DNA of 40,151 nucleotides from Perkinsus olseni (Eukaryota): NCBI GenBank assembly GCA_013115125.1, contig JABANN010000314.1, positions 1 to 40,151 of the forward strand, read 5' to 3'. Shown piece by piece: positions 21,005 to 40,151 of this stretch (position 1 is its first letter; each line of letters starts with the position of its first letter). The notes under the pieces were generated by a model. It saw only the letters and a program-made list of their open reading frames with translations, ran no database searches and was not told where the DNA came from. The position numbers and the translations under genes were made by a program.

Positions 21005-22982
21005 TTATACTTTCTCGTAGTCCAACTTCCCCTCGAGTTTCTTGCTCTCCGCCAACTTCCGCACGGCCTTCATGAAGTCCTCCTCGATGACATAATCACG
21101 CTCCGCCCTGATAGCGAACATGCCGGCCTCCGTGCCTGACCAAAGAATAGCATCCCAATAAACACACTCAGGGCCGGACAATACAAATGTTCCGAAGATC
21201 AGCTCCGTTGAAACCGTCTGAGAGCTTCGCCAAGGCGTCGTAGTCGATATCACCATGCTTGGCGAGTTTGCCTGAAGCACCACGAAATTGAGCCGAGCAG
21301 CAGGGCAACTCTATTTCCAACTCACTGGCGTGAATTTTCAAAATGTCCACCCTGGCTGTCTCGTTAGGGAGAGGGATCTCAATCTTACGATCAAGACGGC
21401 CCGGGCGCAGCAGGGCGGGGTCGAGGACCTGACGACAACCACTACGAAGCGAAGAAGGAGAGCGGAAGTACATCAGGACGGTTAGTGGCCATGATGATCT
21501 TGACGGCTCCAAGGTCGTCGAAGCCATCCAGCTGGTTGAGGAGCTGAGCAAAAGAGATGGCGTAATATCAGTTGACAGAAAATAGGTATGATGAATCGAT
21601 CAAGTAGAATCGGGCAGGGAGCCAGATGACTCTCTCGGAGAGGTTGCTTCGTACTACCTCCATCAGAGTTCTCTGAATCTCTCTATCAGCACTGGTGCCC
21701 TGACCAAACCGCTTTCCACCGATGGCATCGATCTCATCCATAAATATAATACAAGGCTGATGCTCCTTAGCGTACCCAAACATCTCACGAATCACACGAG
21801 CAGATTCGCCGATATACTGATAGAAAAACAGTAAAACCGTCGCCCGCACAACAGCAAGACCCTACCTTATCGACAATGGCCGAAGCAACGACCTTGATGA
21901 AGCTGGCTGTCATGTTGTGCGCCATTGCTCGGGCCAACAGTGTCTTACCAGTACCAGGAGGGCCGTACCTAGCACAGCGCCCTCATTACACGCTTTCCTT
22001 CATGAGAGTATTACAGCAGCACTCCCTTGGGTGTATTAATACCAACCCTCTTGAAAAGCTCAGGATTGGTGAGGGGCAGCTCAACAACCTCTCTCATGGC
22101 TCGGATCTGCTCATTGAGACCGCCGACCTCGGAGTACCTCGGGAATCATCAATTCTGAATTTACCAGAGTAATGGTCACTACCTCACTTCACCAGGGTCT
22201 TCACTAAGCATGCTGAAAACAAGTGGGTCGACCTCTCTCGGCATCGCCTCTGAGAAAGATACGCCAATGGACGCGCTACAGTAGAGGAGGCACGTACTCA
22301 TGATAGTGAGTGTAGTGATATCCAAGGCCACTCGAGTGCCTGTGGTGAGCTTGGCGGCATCCAATCGTTGTTTACAAGTCACCACGTATCGAGGGCCGCT
22401 TGAGGCCTTCACGATGAACCTGGGATGATACACTTATAACTCACACCACCATCTCGGTCCAGAACTAGGAGGCCATCGGTTAGAGTTGAAGCGCAGCTGG
22501 CCCCGAAAACAGCAGCTATCATTGCGAGAAAAAACCGCTCACGAGAAAAAGTCTAGAGAGATGAAGCACCAACCTGATGACCTCCTTACTAGTACTATTT
22601 TACTACTATTTTCAGTCAGTTAATAAGCGCTTATGTCCATCAGGGGACGTGCGCGCCTCGAATAACAGTAAATTTGATGCGCATCATTCCGATCACGGCC
22701 ACTATTACTATTACCTCTCCTCGTCCAGTTGTTTCAATACTTCACCAACAATCTGTCCGACACTTTGAAGAGCCTTGAGATGATCTTCCGACGTCTCGAA
22801 GTCATTCTCAACCTCCTTTATTTGCTCACGGACTGAACCCGGGCCAACGCTTTACCCTACCTTCCCTTCTCCCCCTTTCTATTACGCTTCTTGCATCGTG
22901 CCTCGTACTCCCTGTGCTCCTTCACCTTACCGATGTAAGCGTTGATAGCCTGCTCTCGAGGGTTCGACGCTGAAGCACTCAT
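21005..22982 (-). CDS. RPT4: 26S proteasome AAA-ATPase subunit RPT4 (PSMC6/S10B), multi-exon
   Basis: [49 protein letters not shown] (Walker A), [25 protein letters not shown] (Walker B), [18 protein letters not shown]-terminal [12 protein letters not shown]. Confidence 0.96.
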
Positions 22983-24000
22983 TATGATAAAAGATTCGAA
23001 ACCGCTGGCCCTCCGCAGTATAAAGAACTTTCAACTCGAGGCCAGACCGTATCCAGACGTTGTGCAGGCGAATGGTAACATCTTATGATACGGAGGAAGG
23101 CGGTGGATGCATCACCACGTGGCGGTACCATGAGGAAGACCATTGAAATAAGGCAATAAATCCGGCGGCTCTGTGCTGGGCTTGGGGGCCTGAGGGAAAT
23201 CTCATACCGACTCAATCGTAAATCGTGTCCTTTCCTACAGTAGTGGGCTTGGCAGTGACAGTGGGCTTATCGGCGGCGAGCCACGTAGTTCGGTCGCACT
23301 TCTTGCCGCACATACGAGCGACTAAAGGAAGAAGAGAGTGCTGAAAGGTCGATGGAAGGGCCTACCGGGCTGGTCGGTGGCCGCGGCCGCCGTCTTGGAA
23401 AGGGGGGAAGTCAAGGAAAGCTTGGCGTGTTGAATTACTGGTGAAGGGGGCGCCATTTATAAATGACGCTGATACGTTAAAAGAGATACGCTTCGAGGTC
23501 GACCTCGAGCTGGGGTATCGGTTAAGATACCCTCAAGCGAACCTCTTCCTCCCCAACCTTCCCTACTTCTTTTCCTTGACCTGAGTGTCTGAAAAATCTC
23601 GTAAGTTCACTACTACCTACATCCCGAATCGCACCCGAGAGGTCGTCTTTGAGTGGTAGCAAGATCATACTCGTTTGGCAAGGTAGATTATACGAATCAC
23701 AAGGGAAACGTTTACGAACCTTAACCAGCCGAACAGAAGAACAAAACAACGCCCGCAAGGAGCAGCACAGGCCAATCAATCGTAGGTGGTATTGACATGC
23801 TTGCCTACCACGGTACGCACGCCAGAAGGTACACCAGCAAGAATAGCATCTCCCATTACACCGGCAATACCACACTTCGAGTTTTTGACGGCGGCGGCGG
23901 CCGGCTGATTTTAGGGCGCGCGCGGTTGTCGCCGTTGGCCGCCGCAAGCCGCGAACGATGCCATCGCTTCCTGTAATTGCGCTGTAGAGTATCTCTCGCA

Positions 24001-24875
24001 ATGCCATCTAACTCCACCTCCATGCAGGATTCCATCCCTTTCGACCGCAGGCTCGCTGAGGCCCGACGTATACTGCAGAAGTAGGCATGCTGGGGAAGAG
24101 GGGTATCTTCGCGCACTCGGAAGATTTCCTCGCAGGTATCCGGACAGAGTGCCTGTGATCGTGGAGAGGGCGGAGCGTTCGGATCTTCCCGAGATCGAAA
24201 AGAAGAAGTTCCTCGTACCTGGGACGATGCTGTGCGGAGAGTTCAAGTAGTAGTGGTAGACTGTAGAAAGCTACTTGTTCGCAAATTTGTTGCTTCTTTT
24301 CTTCTTGATCGCCGTCCGTAATTCATACCACTCCTCTCGGAACAGATTCGCCCGAACTAGTATATCCGACTAGCATTTAGCTGTCAGTAGTTGGTAGTGC
24401 GTCGCCCTAACATAGACAGCCGATTGCTTGCTCTCTGCAACCTGGCAGTACCGAAAATCGCCCAACTCTCGCCGCTGCATAGGGCTCTGCAGGTATATAG
24501 TTCACAAGCACATCACCCAGGCCGCGGAGAACAATCTGGCTGATGGTCAGCGAGGGGGAGCTCAGGGGATCTCCGCGGAGCAGACCATTTACCTTTTCGT
24601 CAAGAAGAAGACTCCACGGACGGGTGGGCCGTCGTGCTGCCGATTGCGGCTTTGGCGTCTTCCGACTCACAAGCGCCACGCTAACAACACGTGTCATCAC
24701 CGCGACCCTCGAAGCCCTTAGACTGGGGCCAGGAGCTCATCAGGGTTGAGTCGAAGTTGGTTTCTGTGGTCTAGGTTCGATGATGTCGGAGCTATATGAT
24801 GCTCACAAGGACGAGGATGGCTTTCTCTATCTGACTTACTCCGCCGAGAACACCTTGGGAGGCGAGGCTGTATGA
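24001..24875 (+). CDS. ATG8: Autophagy protein ATG8, 4 exons
   Basis: Spliced: [71 protein letters not shown]...[48 protein letters not shown]. Confidence 0.96.
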
Positions 24876-25157
24876 GTTGGGAAAGGAGCGGTATGAACAC
24901 GTTTATGCAATGACCGACTCTTCATTTTTTGTTGTCCCATTTATTGTCATTATAATCGAAGCATCATATTAATGTAAGGCCTTCCTTAATGTTTGGTTAC
25001 AGTACATCACCCGGGCAACGACGCCAGTAGTCGATCAAGGGCGTCGCTTTCGCTGTATTAATAGCCAAGGGTTCGCCTTCGTTAGCGTTGGGCGATGAGG
25101 GAACGATCCATGCACGATCGATGCTCATTCTCTCCTTGGCAGTTTTATTTCGACAAT

Positions 25158-25495
25158 ATGCCGCTCACGCTGAGGCCTGTCGGGATGTCTTTGCTGCGCA
25201 CGGCTGAGCCGCGAATACATGTAGTAGTAGCGGGCTGTATGCGTATCCTGGTGGAAGGAAGCTCAGCAGGTTACATCCATTCGGTTGTTCACGTCCTGGT
25301 GGCATAAATGGGTGGACGGCAGCAACCCTGAGGATTGGACTCGGAAAGCTACGGCCAACTTCTTGCGGTCCCAGAAGGTGGCGAAGGCAACAGTCAAGAG
25401 TGACTAGGGGGTACTGTCGCTGATCAGATTGATCCGTTCATCTTGGAGCAGGCGGACCTCGAGAATTGGCGGCGATGGTAGTACTGAGAGAAGTG

Positions 25496-25543
<48 letters not shown>

Positions 25544-26540
25544 TATTCAAGCGCCCCCGGAAGTTTGCTATGTGTGCAGGGCGCCATAGCATAGTGGACC
25601 GTTATTCGAGGCGCGCACGACGAGTAGTACTTGTAGTAGTGATACTAGGGCTGAATCCGGAATAATCTATCTCCCTCTACGTCCACTACAGACAAAGGTT
25701 CTTCAGTAGTTTTAACGAAGGCAGCAGCATGCATTGGTACTCTGACTTCTTCTCACCTAGCGCACGACGTCCTCTCTGAATCAGAATGCCGCCTTTTCCA
25801 GGCTTCCACGCACCTACCGAGCCTTCTGTATGTTTTTGCCGCAAATAGTTGGCTACCGTTGTGTTCGCGATCATCATCATCATCGATTGACGTATATTTC
25901 GTTCGCAGGTTCATGACGGAAGTGCAATACTTCGCAGGAGATCGAGAGAAGGTTCCCTTGAGAGAGCGCATAGAAAAAGCACGGGACTTGGCGGCGTCCA
26001 AGCACCAGGTGTGTTGCACCGTCTGGCGGTTGTGGTATTTTTTTGAGTAGGCCAAGCTGGAAAAGCTTCGGAGGCATTATCCTCTGGAGGAGGACGAGTG
26101 ACAACATGTGTGCCGTTGGTGACGTTTCTGGCAGGGATTTGCCTTGGGTTCGGTTCAGTGGGCTGTTAAAACGCCTTTGCCAGGGATCGAACTTGGCAAG
26201 AATGGCAGTCGGGTAGTCCACCCACCCATCCACCCGGAGAGCCATTGGACCCTTTGTGAGCCGCAAAAATAGTTCGCTGAGATTTACCATTACTACACGT
26301 CGAGGATGCCAGCTTGACGCAGTTGATCGAGGGAAAGTACACCTTATTACTTGCAGGACTTTTCTGAGGAAAGTTAGGGCAGGCGACGGGATCCTCGATG
26401 ACTCAGTTTTGCAAGGGTTATCGTTGCGGTTAATAAAAAGTTCCCGTGAGTATGCAAGTACTCCGTGAATGTCGTTCTTCGACTTCAGCGGCCTTCGCCC
26501 GAGCGTCTGGAGGCTCCTGCGACGGGTATAGCCCATGGTA
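25158..26540 (+). CDS. Hypothetical multi-exon protein; 3' end uncertain
   Basis: ATG 25158 followed by GT-AG-bounded exons giving RLFTSWWHKWVDGSNPEDWTRKATANFLRSQK, DPFILEQADLENWRRW, FMTEVQYFAGDREKVPLRERIEKARDLAASKHQ, AKLEKLRRHYPLEEDE. No family recognised. Confidence 0.5.
25496..25542 (+). repeat. (GTA)n / (AGT)n microsatellite, ~15 units, intronic
   Basis: Perfect trinucleotide run seen directly in the sequence. Confidence 0.95.
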
Positions 26541-26636
26541 AAGCCCGGTATGCTGCTGCGGCGGCGCGCGGTGTATGGTCCTTGGACCTCCACTATCTAC
26601 TCACGTTCTCGCAGGCTTGTCGTCAATTTCTGGTGA

Positions 26637-38178
<11,542 letters not shown>

Positions 38179-38770
38179 GAAAAAACAGGAAACGTCCGCC
38201 CGTCGCATTGCGCTCAGTGGCAGATACGGCCCTGTGGTGCAGTTTTATGCGCAGACGAGCCGTTAGAGTTGACTTGTTGATCACATCAGTCTTGCGGTCG
38301 CAGTCGCTCCTACCTGTTAACAGGACTTTTCAAACCACGCTGTTCTTGTGTTGGTTGTCATCAAACGTCCCCGTCCTCTGAAACGCATTACATCCTTGCC
38401 GTGGAAGCGTTCTCATCTGTCTCCAATCGTAGGAATGAAGTCGAACGAAGGACCCCGAGAGCGCCTTCGTGGAGCTGTGCGAATAAGACCACCAGACTGG
38501 CCCAAGATTCTACCCGGTAGAATCTACCGTAGTTGGGTATGCGTCACTGGAAGGAACACAACAAATCGTGGCAACAAAGCTTCGGCAACAAGAATCTGGA
38601 AGACAGAATTTTACAGTCATCATATTATTTACTCAAGACCCTCGAACGGTATGCGCTTTTGATGAGCATGGCGCTGACCGACACGTCCGCCGCAAAGTAA
38701 GAAGGTTTAAGATTGGATTCAATCTATCGAATACTGCTAGTCTAGTAGTAGCTTCTCTCTGGTAGTAGAA

Positions 38771-39538
38771 CTAGTCGATCTTTTTAGTTGTAGTTGTAGT
38801 AGTGGTGGGTCCGGTTGTTGTGGGAGCCTTTGTTGTTGTGGGGGCCTTTGACGTTGTGGGACCCTTCGTTGTTGTGGGAGCCTTTGACGTCGTGGGACCC
38901 TTCGTCGTTGTGGGGGCCTTCGTTGTTGTGGGAGCCTTTGTTGTTGTGGGAGCCTTTGACGTCGTGGGACCCTTCGTCGTTGTGGGGGCCTTTGTTGTTG
39001 TGGGACCCTTCGTTGTTGTGGGGGCCTTTGACGTTGTGGGACCCTTCGTTGTTGTGGGGGCCTTTGTTGTTGTGGGACCCGTCGTTGTTGTGGGGGCAAC
39101 AATGTATTGATAAGTATCATATCCAGTAGTAGCTGTTGGAACATGAAGATACTGATATCCAGTCTCTATGTAGCAATCAGTGAGGAAGGACTTGTCATAA
39201 TAACCGGCCGAATCCTTCACGATTTGGTCACATGGAGAGTTCAGCGTCACGGAAAAGCGTCGTGAACTACTGGCCTGGTCAAGTGTATATCCACAATCAT
39301 ATTCACCTTTCTTTAGGTGGCCTTTATAGGGAGTTATGTAAACCCTACCGCCCTGCTGGCGAGTGAACTTGAACTGCAGGATATCTGGTTCTCCGCTGGA
39401 AGAGGAATGATAGGTGTAGGTTTTATCAACGGGATATCCCAGTCCACCAGAAGAAACCTCAGTGTCACCGAGGAAGACCTCAGGGTCGCACTGAGCGGCA
39501 ATGAAGATGAAGTACAGACCAGTTGGACGGAGGTACAT
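38771..39538 (-). CDS. Secreted mucin-like protein: signal peptide, Cys-containing globular domain, (K[A/G]PTT[T/S])n stalk
   Basis: Intact 255-aa ORF with leader MYLRPTGLYFIFIAAQC and a Thr/Pro-rich hexapeptide repeat C-terminus. Confidence 0.85.
   Translation of the reverse strand: MYLRPTGLYFIFIAAQCDPEVFLGDTEVSSGGLGYPVDKTYTYHSSSSGEPDILQFKFTRQQGGRVYITPYKGHLKKGEYDCGYTLDQASSSRRFSVTLNSPCDQIVKDSAGYYDKSFLTDCYIETGYQYLHVPTATTGYDTYQYIVAPTTTTGPTTTKAPTTTKGPTTSKAPTTTKGPTTTKAPTTTKGPTTSKAPTTTKAPTTTKAPTTTKGPTTSKAPTTTKGPTTSKAPTTTKAPTTTGPTTTTTTTKKID
38800..39097 (-). repeat. Coding 18-bp tandem repeat (~16 units)
   Basis: On the + strand, units such as TTTGTTGTTGTGGGAGCC / CTTCGTTGTTGTGGGGGC recur with 18-nt period. 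Confidence 0.95.
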
Positions 39539-40151
39539 AGAGTTAGTCTAAAGTTGAGACTGAAGTGGTCAATGATTCAATACGATGAGGGAACTATCGC
39601 TCCATCAATGAGGGCGACTTAGCTTCGCAATCTTAGCTTAGGGCGGTATCGCCACTGGGTGTCTCCGACGTAGCGTGTCCCAAATTTGGAATCACCAATA
39701 AAGTTCACTCTTGTCCTTGCGTCTTATCTCTGAGTATGCAATAGCTTGTCTGAGCAAATCTTCGTTCGCGGAAACGCGAAAACTAAAAACTCGAAGCGCC
39801 AGTCACGCCACCAGCGAATTTGCACCTGTTCTTCGTTGTGCGAAGAACAGGCCGTGTCGTGCGCAGCCCTCCTGAACTCGGTCTCCCGCGCTGCCGTACC
39901 GACCAGTTCAGGGATCGCTCTTCGACCAGAAGTCCATGGAACATTACAGATAATTCCGTGACGGACGAGGCATTGACTTCGGGCTTCCTTTTAATAGTTA
40001 TCAGCGGCGATTTGGCTTCTGCATCCTCACCTTTGTGCACTACTCCAAGACTTGCAGTCCAAGCGCGCGACTCGCAGTTGTCGCGGTACTGACTTGGATA
40101 TCACTTAGGGGAAACTCAACAAGCGGATGTCTTGTGCCAGAATAAGCCAAT

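Noticed and set aside
23000-23990. ORFs 22982..23215 and 23522..24007
   Set aside because: They lie in the divergent RPT4/ATG8 intergenic and UTR region with no homology signal.
38800-39129. CRISPR-like array or + strand ORFs (38802..39110, 38815..39129)
   Set aside because: No unique spacers. It is a coding tandem repeat of the minus-strand mucin, and the other frames are shadows.
39600-40151. Possible 3' part of a minus-strand gene (ORF 39783..40040)
   Set aside because: No recognisable motif and truncated by the window edge; cannot be supported.

Overview
Gene-dense eukaryotic DNA with many short (~45-100 nt) GT-AG introns. The gene content and sequence style (apicomplexan-type ATG8, intron-rich pentafunctional AROM, T/P-rich secreted proteins) suggest a myzozoan alveolate, most likely Perkinsus; this is an inference. 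In order: a secreted hypothetical gene (-), RPL24 (+), an intergenic snoRNA cluster just downstream of RPL24 (C/D guides matching the snR63/SNORD46, snR76/SNORD88 and 2x snR70/SNORD43 target sites, plus orphan candidates), a TPR/RRM-like gene (-), SEC13 (-), a histidine-phosphatase (PGM-family) gene (-), two acyl-CoA dehydrogenase units apparently spliced into one double-ACAD protein ending in a peroxisomal -SRL signal (+), a large Sfi1-like/coiled-coil gene (+), an ER-type FKBP (-), RPT4 (-), ATG8 (+), a hypothetical gene (+), an ~11.5 kb AROM gene (+) with a MITE-like element and a minisatellite in its introns, and a mucin-like gene (-). The most unusual signals are recurrent tRNA-derived (T-arm/B-box) sequences that make up much of several short introns in unrelated genes, the double-ACAD fusion with gene-conversion-like tracts, and the snoRNA cluster. 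Exon boundaries were read by eye; rRNA and homolog comparisons are from recalled conserved sequences, not database searches.
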